A stretch of 64,000 nt of DNA from Gekko japonicus (Eukaryota). The stretch lies in NCBI RefSeq assembly GCF_001447785.1, contig NW_015172034.1, forward strand, positions 359,804 to 423,803. Direction: 5' to 3'. This document shows, one piece after another, positions 12,650-25,170 of this stretch. The notes under the pieces are model-generated. The model saw only the letters and a list, made by a program, of their open reading frames with translations, was not told where the DNA came from and made no database searches. The position numbers and the translations under genes are program-made. Each line of letters begins with the position of its first letter. The first letter of the stretch is position 1.

Positions 12650-15435
12650 AAACCTAATCACAGCAGTAGAATGCCAGCAGGAGGTTGGGGGCTATCCAGT
12701 GTATTACACTGAGTGTAACATCTTTGACCATCTGCCAACTGGATGGAAGTCATGGGTATGTGCTCAGTGCAGGGAGCTCCTGGTTCTCAGGGAATGAGTT
12801 CGCACCCTCCAGGCCAAGGTGGCTGAACTGGAGAAGCAAAAATAATCAGGCACATGGATAAGACTCTCAGGGTCTTGTTAGATGTGTTCTACTCTGAGAA
12901 TGGCAGCTCCGCTGCTGTTGGGAAACATGAGGGTCAAAGGGAAACGGCAGTGTGCTGATGAAAGGGGGAATATTCCCTTAGAAGAGACCCTTTCTACAGT
13001 TGGTGAACAGGTATCCTTTCACACCAAGGAACCATCCCTGGGCAGGGAAGGAGAGAGGCTCTTAGCAGATGGTGATTCAATCCTTAGGCATGTAAATAGA
13101 TGGGTGGCGAACTCACATACTGATCGCATGGTGACTTGCTTGCCTGGTGTGAAGGTAGTGGACATTACGTGTGGTCTAGATAGGCTGGTAGACAGTGCTG
13201 GGGAGGAGCCAGGGGTCATGGTAAATGTTGGCACCAATGATATGGGGAAATGTAGTTGTGTGGTCCTGGAAGAAAATATAGGCTTCTAGGCAGGAGACTC
13301 AAGGCCAGGACCTCCAAGGCAGCCTTCTCAGAAGGGCTGCATGTTCCACATGCTGGGGCAGCTAGATAGGCACAAATTAGGAGCCTCAATGCATAGTTTA
13401 GACAATGGTGTAGGGAGGACCAGCCAGGGAGACAGTGGGATCCTTGGATGACCAGGGGGGATAGGATTATAAAAGGATGATAGTGAAATGGCTGAGAAGC
13501 TGAATGCATTTTTTGCCTGTCTTCACTCTCAAAGATGGGAGGTGCCTCCCCACTCCAGAACCGCTGATTCCGGGAAGGGTGTTTAAAGACCTGTCAGATT
13601 GAGGTGACGAGAGAGGAGGTCCTATGACTGATGGACAAATTAAAGACGACAAATCACCAGGCCCAGATGGCACACATCCAAGAGTTCTGAAAGAACTCAA
13701 GTGTGAACTTGTGGATCTCCTGACAAAAATATGCAGTTATTAAAATCTGCCTCCCATTTCTGAGAACTGGAAGGTAGCTAATGTAACCCACATCTTTAAA
13801 AAAGGTTCCAGAGAAGATCCAGGAAATTACAGGCTGGTCAGACTAACATCGATACTGGGTAAGGTGGTGGAATCTGTTATTAAAGACAGAATTAGTAGGT
13901 ACTTTGATGAACAAAAGCCATTGAGGAAGAATCAGCATGGATTCTGTAAAGGAAGATCTTGTCTCTCTAACCTGTTAAGAGTTCTTTGAGGGGGTGTAGA
14001 AACATGTGGACAAGGGTGACCCAATAGATACCTAGACTTCCAGAAAGCTTTTGATAAAGTTCCTCATCAAAGGCTTGTAAGTAAACTCAGTAATAATGAG
14101 ATAAGAAAACAAGTCCTCTTGTAGATTAAAAACTGGTTAATGAACAGGAAACAGTGAGTCTAAATGGGCAGTTTTCACAGTGAAGGGTGGTAAGCAGTGG
14201 GTGGTACTGGGTCCAGTGCTTTTTAACTTGTTCATTAATTATTTGGAGGAAGTGGTGAAGAGACTAAGTTTGTGGATGACACTTAAGCTGCTCAGGGTGG
14301 TGAGAACCAAGGGAGGATTGTGAGGTGCTCTAGAGGGATCTGTTGAGGCTGTGCAAGTGGGTGTCAATGTGGTAAATGAAGTTCAACATGGGCAAATGCA
14401 AAGTAATGCACATTGGAGCCAAAAATCCTAACTTTAGATACATGCTGATAGGGTCCAAACTGGTAAAGACTGACCAGGAGGGAGATCTTGGAGTCATGGC
14501 AGATAACTCACTGAAAATCTTGACTCAGTGGGTGCGTTCAGACAGGGGCTTTACACCGGTTAGGGTGCCGGTTCCAACCGTTGTACTCACCGGCGTTCAG
14601 ACGGGGCACATCTGCCTCCTGTCCCTAACCGGTGTAAAGCCCTTTACACTTTGCACTCTGCCACTAGGTCCCAAGTGGTGGTATCCTGAGTGCAACGGTG
14701 GCTTCCGATGTACACCGGCGTCTGATCGCTCTCCACCGGTGCCTAGCCATTTCCGTCGGAAGCCTGAGGCTTCTGTTTTCCCCCCACCATTTTTTAAAAC
14801 TCTAAGCGATATGCGCTCAGGCAAAGCTTCGCCCTGAGCGTTTGTTTAAAAAAAAAGAAAAAAGAAGTCCTACTTTACCTACCCGGAGGAGTCCGGGACT
14901 TAAGGGAGGCCAGTTTGGGCTTTAAACTTTAAAGGTAAGTCCAACCGGTTCAGTTTATGCCGGCAGAAAGCCCTCTGTGTGACAGCAATTAAAAAAAAGG
15001 CAACTGCTTTTTGGGGATTATTAGGAACGGAACTGAAAACAAATCAGCCAGTATCATAATGCCCCTGTATAAATCAGTGGTGCAGCTTCATTTGGAATAC
15101 TGTGTACAGTTCTGGTCACCACACAACAAAAAAAACATTATAGCATTGGAACTGGTGGCAGCTACAAGCATAAACAGCTTCAAGATAAACATATGGAGCA
15201 GAGGTCCATCAATGGCTATTAGCCACAAGGTACAGATGGAACACTATGCCTGGGGCAATGATGCTCTGTATTCTTGGTGCTTGGGAAGCAACAGTGGGAG
15301 GGCTTCTGGAGTTCTGGCCCATCTGTTGGACCTTCTGATGGCACCTGGTGCGGGGGGGGGGGTTTGCCACTGTGTGCCAGAGTGTTGGACTGGATGGGCC
15401 ATTGGTGAGACCCAACATGGCTTCTCTTATGTTCT
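12650..15435 (+). mobile_element. Internally deleted, degenerate CR1 LINE (ORF1 esterase, ORF2 RT pieces, 3' end), interrupted at 14530-14980
   Basis: GDSILR..PGVKVVDI..VNVGTND SGNH motif; QHGFCKGRSC, DFQKAFDKV, KCKVMHIG and HLEYCVQFWSP; TTCTCTTATGTTCTT tail. Confidence 0.88.
14530..14980. mobile_element. Harbinger-like MITE nested in CR1 ORF2
   Basis: Starts GGGTGCGTTCAGACAGGGGCTTT, ends CCGGCAGAAAGCCCTCTGT (partial inverted match); CR1 sequence resumes on both sides (compare 24135-24180). Confidence 0.65.
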
Positions 15436-16235
15436 TTCATATATGTATATATTACATAGGCACAGCAGCATGCAGTGTCCAAAAGCAGTAGGATATTCTC
15501 ATGTGTAGAGCTTTATTTTCACCCTAGAAGTGAATGTTAAATATTCATACAAGAGAACGTAAAAGTGTGCATTCAGGGACACTACTGCAATGAGGATTAA
15601 ACCTACCATCTGTCCCATGAACCCGCAATTAAGCCCATCCCTTTCATAGCATTATCCCTTTACCTGCATAAACTATTATTATGTTTCTTGATCATTATGA
15701 GCATGACAAAATGTTGAGGATTGGTTTTTATAAACAGATCAGAGAAAGAATTCATTGTAAAGAATAGGCCATTTTTCTTTTTTCCTCCATTTATTTATAT
15801 GTCATACTATTCACTCACATAGAACCTGAAGCAGCTAACAAAACTAAAAACAAAATAATATATAAACATGGATACACAAACAATAGTATGCAACAAAAAC
15901 ACCATAATGTAGATGGCTTGGGAACAAATCCCAATCCTTTTATGCCCTCCCAGGTGACTCACTCCCAGTGTCTCAAATTCATTTTTGAACATATGTTGGG
16001 GCCATGTATATTTAAGCAATGTATTTATTAATAACTAATATACATATTACATCATTAGGTCAGCAGATTTGCCTTTATATCAGCACAGTCAATAACAATG
16101 TAATGAAAATATATAGCACCTAAACTAAAGGAATCTCTGAATGTGACAGTTAATAGCAAGAGAAAATGAAAGGACACGGGGTTTTTTGTAGAATGGGGTT
16201 CCATCTTTTCTCCTATACTTAATATTCTTCTCTTA

Positions 16236-16451
16236 TTATTTCACAATGCAAAAGTCACTATGTTCTAAGTGGGTTATTTTCTTTTCATTGCGGAAATCTG
16301 CTTTTTCAATGCAGGACTTGGGACTTCCTGTCTTCCGAAGCCATTCTTGAAGCTGCCGCACTTTGAGAGCAGGGCCTTGGATCTGTCCTTGCACAGTGCC
16401 ATAGTCTGTATTCTGGACCCAGCCAACCACACCTAACTTTTTTCCTTGAGC
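16236..16451 (-). CDS. ACYP1: Acylphosphatase-1, last coding exon
   Basis: ttcag|AQGKKLGVVGWVQNTDYGTVQGQIQG...DFCIVK*; 216 nt; catalytic Asn in WVQN; candidate AATAAA at 16024-16029. Confidence 0.96.
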   Translation of the reverse strand, partial: AQGKKLGVVGWVQNTDYGTVQGQIQGPALKVRQLQEWLRKTGSPKSCIEKADFRNEKKITHLEHSDFCIVK

Positions 16452-16821
16452 CTGAACAAAAGAAAAACAAGGTGCATACAACACACAATAGTCAAAACTG
16501 GTAGAATAGTCAGTTTAGTCAGAACTGGCAGGATCCTACAAGTTCTGTTTGACAGCAACCAACACACAAGATGAATAAGCTGTACCTACCATTTTGTTTT
16601 TACTGGTGCTTTAAAAATTTATGTTGTATTTTATGTTTGTAGTAACTGTGCACCATCTCAAATGCTATTTGTGGGAAGATAATCTACAAATATTTTAAAT
16701 AAATATATAATACAAAGCCTCCAGAGCTCTGAAGGTTAGATTCTCACTACTGAGCAGCATTGATGCCAAGCGAGAAAGGCTGCCGGGGAGACACTAAGGG
16801 CAGAGCACACACCACACATAC

Positions 16822-16905
16822 CTGTGTGTATTTGCGGAAAAACACGTTTTGGACTTTCCCAAACACTTCATAATCCACTGAAACGAGACCGTCTCCCTCA
16901 GCCAT
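16822..16905 (-). CDS. ACYP1: Acylphosphatase-1, first coding exon
   Basis: MAEGDGLVSVDYEVFGKVQNVFFRKYTQ|gtatgt; acceptor before 16917; 84 nt; 99 aa total. Confidence 0.96.
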
Positions 16906-17279
16906 AGCAGGTACCACCTGGATCAAGAGCAGAAACACCGCTAGACAGACGAAGGCATGCAGAGACCAACTCCATTTCCACCCTTTCCAATGCAGGAACA
17001 TGAAGTCCCTGCGACCACCACCCTCCACCGATTGCGGCGTAAGGACGCAGGCTGAGTAGCCCCTGGGCTTCATGAGGCTCTGGACTGCCGCCCCCTACAA
17101 GGCCAGGCATGGAGAAGGTGGGAAAGGTCGAAGGGCAAAGGTTCGGGGTGGGGTGGGGTGAGTGTAGATGGGACAGTCCTTTAGACCCCGCCCATAGTTG
17201 CAGCCCCGTGGACAGAATAAAGGGCGAGAGCCCTGAGACGTGCCTATTGAGTGGCTGCTCCAGGTTTTATCCAACAGCA

Positions 17280-17800
17280 GAAAGCCGCGATTCTTTCCCC
17301 AGCCAGCCAGGGGCCAGTGTGCGGAACGAGCCCAACCGCCGCTAACGGCTCAGCATTTAGCTCCCATCATCATAGAGCTGCGCTCTTCTCCAGAGGCTAG
17401 AGAGGCCCCAGCGTCTCTGGTGATAATAGAGTTAAGGAATTTGGGGGCCCTTTTCTTGGGTAAAACGCGGGCGAGAACGGCGAATTATTCCGTGTCATGG
17501 AGACTGAATAATAACATTCAGGAAAAAGCGAAAGCCGGGGAAATAGTGTCGCGGAACCGGAAGCCGTGCCCGCATGCTTGTTGCTAGGCAACTGTAGTAA
17601 ACAGTCACCCCTCGGGCTCGAGACTCGGATAAGAATAGGCGGGCGGAGCGGGGGCAGCGCGTGCGGGTCGGAAGGCATGTTTGGAGCAGCGTGGCGAAAC
17701 AAGTTGTTATAGCCACCGAGCCTCCATCACATCATTCAGTTTCTGGGCGGAAGGTCACTGTATAGAATTGAACGGGCAAGTACCTGCGGTGAGCATTATT
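17280..17800. promoter_or_regulatory. Bidirectional CpG promoter shared by ACYP1 (-) and ZC2HC1C (+)
   Basis: CpG island between divergent genes; GC boxes, tandem CGGAA (17551-17563), X-box GTTGCTAGGCAAC (17580-17592); candidate first-exon donors after 17609 (-) and 17788 (+). Confidence 0.7.
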
Positions 17801-17859
17801 TTGTGAAATATTTTGATTTTATATCTAATAAAGCCCTGGCCTTCCCTGCCAGTTTGGGG

Positions 17860-18015
17860 GGCTGTGGTTAGAGGCCCATGTTAAAATTTCCACGCTGCCA
17901 TGGAAGCTTGCTGGGTGACCTTGGACCAGTCACCCACTACTTCACAAGGTTATTGTATGGATAAAATAGGGGAGATTCCCACTTGGGAGAAAGGCAGGTT
18001 ATAAATGAAGCAAAT
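17860..18015 (+). mobile_element. CORE/MIR-like SINE fragment
   Basis: GCCATGGAAGCTTGCTGGGTGACCTTGGACCAGTCA core. Confidence 0.6.
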
Positions 18016-18339
18016 TTATTAGCAACAGAATTCACAGAGAGTTAGGAGTCTTAGAGACATTAATTCAAATGTTACTCTTGAAAATAAAATGTAGTGTGCC
18101 TTCTTCTGTAGCCTAAACATCTGCTGCAATTGTCTTCAAGATGCTGCATTAAAAAAAAAAAGTATCAGCTTTATGCCATTTTTTAAACTTCATTTGGGAT
18201 CAGTAGTTTTCAAAACAAAATTATGTATAGGTACTGTATATTTTACAGTTTTGTGATATGAGAATGGACAAGGTGAGTATTACATTTAACTGGTAGAGAG
18301 GTTAGCAATAAGTGCTTATACCACAACTGTGTCTAAAGT

Positions 18340-20000
18340 CACTGCCAAGCTTTCAGCTGAGTCTGACAGTAACAAACATACCCTGTCAAGGGCAGGCAGC
18401 ACAACCTCTCCAAAGCTTCAGTTTAGCCAACCAGAATTACCATTCTCTTGTCTAAATTAAACTTCAGCCTGTCCCCAGGTAGCTACTTGACCACAGCAGA
18501 CAGGCAGTGTCCCAGAGACTTAGGTATGTACAGCTAGTTGTGAGGTGGTCACCGATGATGCCCAGCTATAAAAACAGGGATGATCTCATACACATATTAA
18601 ACAATATGGAGATAGCACAGAGCCCTGTAGCATTCTGCAGGATAACTCCCAGAATGCTGATTTGAAATCTTTTACTACAACATTTAGATTATGGCCAGAT
18701 AGAATTAAACGACTGCAGCTCTATTCCACTAATATATTTTCCTCATCTTGTAAACAGAGATCACCCACCGGAGTAACTAAAGCAGTCTCCATTCCCTAAT
18801 TACTCCTGAAGAAAGACCGGAATCCTGGAGTTGCTCCACTACCAGTCTCTATAAACCTACCCCAAAAAGGCAAGTTCAAAACTAGCCTATTATCAGGCTG
18901 AATTTTCTGATCAAATGATTCTTTAACAGAAGATATATTACTGCTTCCTTTAACACCCTTGAGGAAACACCCTTAGATAATGAGATGTTAATGATTTTCA
19001 TTGCAGTCTCCTTCATCTAGTCAGTATAGCCTGGCAAACTTTTACTAACCAGGAGGGACAAGGATAGAGGCTGCTAGTGGTTACCTTCATAACCCACAAG
19101 GCTCTGTTAACATCCATCAAAAAGAGCAAATAGAAAGCTTCCAAAAATGGGCCATATGGGAGTGGGACTCCGGACACCTCTACTACCTATATAGTTCCAA
19201 ACTATTATCCAAGTTGGATTGTATCTGATGATGTATCTGACATCAGCAAAAACATCATGTAAAGTATAACAGCTAATTGCTAGCTCCCTCTTATTTTGGG
19301 TCTCCAGTCTAGGGGTCATCAACAGCAAAATCATCTTAAATAACTGAGCTAGCCACAATTCTGCCAGAGCAGTGACAGCAGTAATACCACTCACATGGCC
19401 ACCTCATAATCTTTCATATCAGCTCTGTGAGATCTGGCATGTCTTCTGCCAATAACAGTGTAGCCATGATCCCATCTTTAAGACACCCACCATCACAGCA
19501 TATTATGGGGGCTGGGTTCCTCCCAGAGAGAAAAAGAGGGCATTGAAGAACAATCCTGTTGATTGCCTCATCCGACCCAGTATTCCAGGCTTGTCATAAG
19601 GGTATTTATGCAACTGCTGTTGGGTCTCAAATTTTTCAAGGCATCTTGGAATCCAACTGGATCCATCAGCCTCTCAGAGCCATCCACTCTAATTGGACTG
19701 CCGCCCTTCCAGAGTGGGGGAAGTTGCACGAACTGTGCCTTCAACAGATAACAATCAGGCCATAGCACAGGTTCAATAACTAAACCTCTTACAAGATCAC
19801 CATACATCTGCCTGTACCAAAGATTAAGTTCAGCACCTGACCTATTTCATATGATTGTAACAATGCTTTTACAGCTAATAGGATACTTTCTACTTGGTGT
19901 GTATAGATTTTAAGGCAGCTTAAGGATTCATGGGGTGTAGCAAAAGTCTTGAAAGGAGGAACTAGCTCATGGAACTTGCTTCTGCAGGATGGGTTTATGG
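18340..20000 (-). mobile_element. Degenerate L2-like LINE ORF2 fragments
   Basis: Minus-strand remnants resembling the endonuclease end (GQVLNLIF, RLMDPVGFQDAL) and RT (QGSVL.P.LFN, KLNLDK). Confidence 0.5.
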
Positions 20001-20977
20001 TTGCTAGCATAGAAGAGGATTAGAGAAATGCAAGGACTGTACGTCATGGTGGCTGAACATGATCTCCAAGCTTGAAGACAGGATACATCTGAATGCCTGT
20101 TGTTTTGGGCAGCACAGATGGAGGCTTTGGCCTCTGTGCCCCTGCTGTGGTTCTTCTGGGCATCTGGTGTTTCACTGAAAAAAACCAAGATGCTGGCCTA
20201 GAAGGACTACTAGTGTGATCCAGCAGGGCTCTACTTCTGTTATTTTGAGTGCATGAAGGGAGGGGCAGCCAGCTGGATAGAGATCCTACCTGGGGTCATA
20301 ACATGAGTGGATATGGATAGAGTAAACAAAGCACTACAGAGCTAGAGATCAGACTGTCATCCTCAGCCATAGAGAGTTAGGGAGAAATCCAGGGAAGACA
20401 GCCCTCTGGGCCCTTGAACAGAGGCAGGGAAGCCAACAGGAAGAACCTTCTGAAACAGTAGCTAAGAAGGCCCATCAAAGGAGGCAACAAGGACTTGTAT
20501 ATCCCTGTCTCCTGTAGGTCAAGTAGCAGAAAAGGGAAACTACTGGTTTTGTATAAGTTGCCTCAAGCAACTATGCTTGGTGGGAAAATTAGTATATAAA
20601 TATTTTAATAAATTTTGATTCAGTGCTAAATCTCACTCCCAGCCCATTTCTTATACCTTCCCTCAGTTCTTAGTGTTGACAGATTTACAAAGACTCCCAG
20701 TTTGCCTGGGAGTGCTTATGCAACATTTGGGCAAACCTTGGGATCCTGGTTATTGTACTGGTGCAATATCTTTCCAATATGCCAGTGATGTGTTTTGTGA
20801 ATCACTCTTGGAGGTCCTGGGCAACCTCTCTACACCTTTATAAATTCCCCCTAGGACTGGTGAATCTTTGTATCTCATTTTCCTAATATAGTGGGGGAAA
20901 CAAGATGTTAGAATGAGAGCCCTAATCACAGCATACTTAGCTTGTGGTATTTCCCCAGGATTTGCTATAAATGCCGA

Positions 20978-22243
20978 ATGGCTCAGTTGCAGCTGGCTGT
21001 GTGTTCCCATGTGGATCCAATGATCTCCAATCCCAATCTTCCTGCGACAAGCCAGGAGAAATGTCATGCAGAGGCCCTTAGAGAACAGCCAAGGTTAGAA
21101 CACCTGAGGGCTAATATCCAGCAACAACTCCTGTCTAACAAAGATAAGAAGCTAAAAGATGTTTATATCCAAAAAGGCCGGAGTGCTTCCTGTTCTGAGC
21201 CTGCAGAAAGTAGCCAGCTGATTTCGGAGAATGCCGGCTTCTGGTCAGCTGGTCCTCACAACTGGTACCTCAAGAAACAAGCTAGCACTCTATCCTCCCA
21301 CTGGAGACCCAAGCGGAGAGGTGTAGACAGGGCATACCCACTAAAGCCAGTCTTTCATCAAAAAGCTGAGAATGGCTCCACACCTAGCTCTTGGCAAGTT
21401 GCAAACCCACCAGCTACAGAGACACCTTCTCCTAACATTAGCTCAGAGAAAAAAGGAAGATCATATGCAGTCAAGGCCCAGCATGTTGGAGTGCCTTTTC
21501 CTGTTTCAATCGAGCAATCAAAGAGAGAAGGTTCTCATCCAAGAAGGGCAGAGTCAGGGTACATTCAAAAACTGGAGGCTGCTGGTAGGAATTTGGAGCA
21601 GGAGATCCAGAGGAAAGAGGCTCTACTCAGGGAGAAGCTGAGGAGGACAGAAGAGGAGCTCCGGAGGATCCAGTGGGAGAGGCAGCAGGCAGAGGTGAAA
21701 GCAAGAAAGGAGCGAGGACTATGGATGCCTGAGAGGAAAGCAGCAGACATCTCTTGGAGGCACCTTTCCAGATCTAGAGCCCAGCCAAGTGATGGTCACA
21801 GGAAAACTGCTCCGAATATCCCTGTAGCTTCCACAGAGATGACCCCAGTTCCCTTAGAGCTCCATATGGAAACGCTCAAAAAACAACGGTTGATGGCTAG
21901 CAACAGTAAAATTCGAGAAAATGTTGCCCAGGAAAATGCAGCTCTTTGTCCAGAGGTGGCTTCCAGGCATGACCAGCCTCCAACAGCACTCCTTTTAGGA
22001 CAGCCTGACTGTATGGCAGGAGCACCACCACTACCATACATGGAGGCACCAAGTAGTGTAGAAGACTGGGGTGAATGCAGTTTTTGTGGACGGAAGCTTT
22101 ACTGTTCCAGGTTGGAGAAGCACATAAGTATCTGCAGCAAGAATCATGGCTCCAAGAGAAAAGTATTTGATTCAAGTAAAGCCAGAGCAAAGGGCACTGA
22201 ATTAGAGGCATATAATCTCTTGATGGGCTCGGATCCTTCTCAG
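20978..22243 (+). CDS. ZC2HC1C: Zinc finger C2HC domain-containing protein 1C, large coding exon
   Basis: Acceptor ccccag| before 20959; MAQLQLAV.., GVDRAYPLKPV, coiled coil, C2HC finger CSFCGRK..LEKHISIC, KRKVFDSSKARAKGTEL; donor CAG|gtaaga; synteny. Confidence 0.93.
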
Positions 22244-22440
22244 GTAAGACACTTACCTACTTATATACTATTTCTGATCTGTGAAGCAGAGTGATTCCCA
22301 TGGGTCTGCCAAGCTATCCACCCTTTAAAAATGTAATTACATCAAATGCTCTTGGACCACCCTCTAGTTCCCACCTTGTCTAGCTAAGGTGCAGCTCAAT
22401 TCTCTTTTCTTTGGAATCATCCCTAAAGAATATGGAAGCA

Positions 22441-22570
22441 GAGAAGCAGAGGTGGTTTTGCCAATGCCTTCCTCTGCAGCCTTCCTTGATGGTCTCCCTT
22501 CCAAGTACCATCCCTGCTTAGCTCCCGAGATCTGACGAGATCAGGCTATACCATGCTATCTTCCCTCCCT
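22441..22570 (-). mobile_element. 5S rRNA-derived SINE fragment
   Basis: Minus strand GCCTGATCTCGTCAGATCTCGGGAGCTAAGCAGGG..GTACTTGGAAGGGAGACC resembles 5S rRNA, then non-5S body. Confidence 0.75.
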
Positions 22571-23360
22571 TATACACCCTGATAATCCAAAAGTACCTTT
22601 AATTTGCACTTACCCTCTTAAATGCAGTTCTGTGTATAATGACTGTCAAACATCAATTATGTTGAGTAAAGAACTTGAAAAAGTAACTGGAGACTCAGTA
22701 AGGTTTTGATTGACACCAAGACTTTGTTTAGATAAGTATAGTTTGTATAGCTTCTTTCATAGTACAGAAAGAACCATAACTAATCAAGCTGAGTCACCCA
22801 CAACTAATCTGTAAAACCATGCTACAAACAGCATTGAGGTCAGGAGTTTAGCAGGGTACAGCAAAGGATCATGGGGATGAAGAAAATTTTCACACTTGAT
22901 TATAGTGCAGACTCTAGTGGAGTTGGAAGCTTGCTCTTTCAGAAAGTCTGTACACTTTCACAAAGTTAATTCTGTTAATCCTTCCCAGTTCAAGTGATTT
23001 CATCTGCACTCCAACTACGGTATAATATTCAGATATTAAAAATAGCGGTGGCTTTGGATTAGAGAGGAAGTGTAGGCCTGCAGTGGAATGTAAGGAAGCT
23101 CCCATGCCTTTTAAAATGCATTTTTCTGTATAAGCCCTATCTCTATACCTGCTGAGGCCACCAGCCATACACATGCATCTTGGGGCTCCATTTGTTTAAC
23201 TGCTTCGAAGGACTGGGAATTTACAGCAACAGAAATGTCCCACTTTCACACATAGGACAACTGATTTGGGTTTACATCAAGAACACTGGCAGGAAAGACT
23301 GTACATTTTGAAGCAACAAGATTACACTAATGGCTTTCCTTCTCCCCTTTGTCACTACAG

Positions 23361-23672
23361 AAAAGAACTTCGACCATAAGCAGTGATGGCTCCAAGCAAA
23401 GCAGTATGCAATCTAATCAAAGCAACTGGAGACAGAAGCATGAATCTTTCATCAACACACTGCGTAGGGCTCGTGAGGTGCAACGAGTAATCTCCAAAGG
23501 GGGGAAGGCCTCAGACCTTCTTCCAGCACCCCCCATGGAGAATCCAGACTACAAATTGTGCCCGTACTGCACACGTCAGTTTGCCCCTAAGGTAGCCGGG
23601 AGACACATTCCCAAGTGCAAAAACATTAAGAATAGACCACCACCACCACCACAGCAAAAGAGACGTTGCTAG
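23361..23672 (+). CDS. ZC2HC1C: ZC2HC1C last coding exon (second C2HC finger)
   Basis: ctacag|KRTS..NWRQKHESFINTLR..ENPDYKLCPYCTRQFAPKVAGRHIPKC..*; phase 0. Confidence 0.93.
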   Translation, partial: KRTSTISSDGSKQSSMQSNQSNWRQKHESFINTLRRAREVQRVISKGGKASDLLPAPPMENPDYKLCPYCTRQFAPKVAGRHIPKCKNIKNRPPPPPQQKRRC

Positions 23673-23904
23673 TAACAGACCCAAGTGAAAACTTCAACAG
23701 GAGTAGTTACATTGGCACCCTCTGCCATTTCCCTCAGTTTGACAGGACAAATAGCAGAGAGCATTCTAATGGCTGTGGCTTCATTTTTTTCAAACAAAAA
23801 ATACAGGTGTGTAAAGTTGTGAGTAGATTATTACCCACAAATTGTGAGTAGATTATTAAATCCCTCATGTTGTGTATTATGATCAATACTTCTTAAAATA
23901 GTTT

Positions 23905-24662
23905 AAAAACCAGGGAGGATTGTGAGGCACTCCAAAGGGATCTGTTGAGGATGGGCGAGTGGGCGTCAAAGTGGCAAATGGGGTTCAGTGTGGCCAAGTG
24001 CAAAGTGACACACATTGGATTAAAAAATCCTAACATTGGAGCCAAAAATCTTAACTATAAATACATGTTGGTGGGGTCTGAACTGGCGGAGACTGACCAA
24101 GAGAGAGATCTTGGAGTTGTAGTAGATAACTCACTGAAAATGTCGAGACAGTGTGCGACTGCAATAAAAAAGGCCAACGCTATGCTGGGGATTATTAGGA
24201 AGGGAATTGAAAACAAATCAGCCAGTATCATAATGCCCCTGTATAAATCAATGGTGCGAGCTCATTTGGAGTACTGTGTACAGTTCTGGTCACCACACAT
24301 CAAAAGGATATTACAGCATTGGAAAAAGTGCAGAAAAGGGCAGCTAGAATGTTAAAAGGGTTGGAACATTTTCCCTATGAAGAAAGGTTAAAGTGCTTGG
24401 GGCTCTTTAGCTTGGAGAAACGACGGCTGAGGGGTGACATGATCGAAGTTTATAAGGTTATGCATGGGATAGTGCAGGTTGAGAAAGTACTTTTCTCCCT
24501 TTCTCACAATACAAAAACTTGTGGGCACTCCATGAAATTGCTGAGCAGTTGGGTTGAGCCACTGGTGGACCTCCTGATGGCACATGGTATTTTTGGGCAC
24601 TGTGTTGTTGGACTGGATAGGCCATTGGCCTGATCCAACATTGGCTTCTCTTATGTTCTTAA
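23905..24662 (+). mobile_element. CR1 LINE 3' portion
   Basis: KCKVTHIG, ERDLGVVVD, HLEYCVQFWSP, LEKRRLRGDMIEVYK; TTCTCTTATGTTCTT tail. Confidence 0.9.
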
Positions 24663-25170
24663 GGAAGCCTCAGTTGGTATCACTACTACCACTGACTGAT
24701 CCCGATTCTTTCTTCTGTGCATTTCTTCATAAGAATCCCTTGCATTGTATACGGAAGCACTTAAATTTTGTCTGGCTCTTGCCACGGTGCTGGGTCAGAG
24801 ATACTACTGAAAATTTTCAGAAGACCAGGATTCCCCCAAACTTCATTAAATCCTTGTAGTCATTTTAGGCTCTTTATGAAATATATTTAAGAGAAACATT
24901 CTTTGTTCTTATATGCAATACCGTTGCCAGGAACAGAGCTGAAATGAAGGCCTTATAATTACCTAGGCTGGACACTGTAGTAAAGAGCATTCTTATCTAT
25001 CTTGAATGTCAAAACATAACAGGAGTGGGAAGGGGCAATACCTACTTGAAACACTGCATACCACCCTCTCACATCTGGGTTTTAAAGCCATTTTTAATCA
25101 CTTGTAAATACTAGTAAATCAACATTTCTTCAAGACAGTCTGTGAGAAAATAGCTGTAGGAGATCATGGG

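Noticed and set aside
16906-17073. N-terminal hydrophobic extension of ACYP1 in the ORF track
   Set aside because: It crosses the polypyrimidine tract and acceptor before 16917; the spliced 99-aa product fits the family.
20971-21081. Out-of-frame ATG 7 nt upstream of the ZC2HC1C start
   Set aside because: Weak context (T at -3, C at +4); no evidence of use.
22481-22550. 5S rRNA gene
   Set aside because: Truncated, internally deleted and fused to a repeat body, so it is a SINE head.
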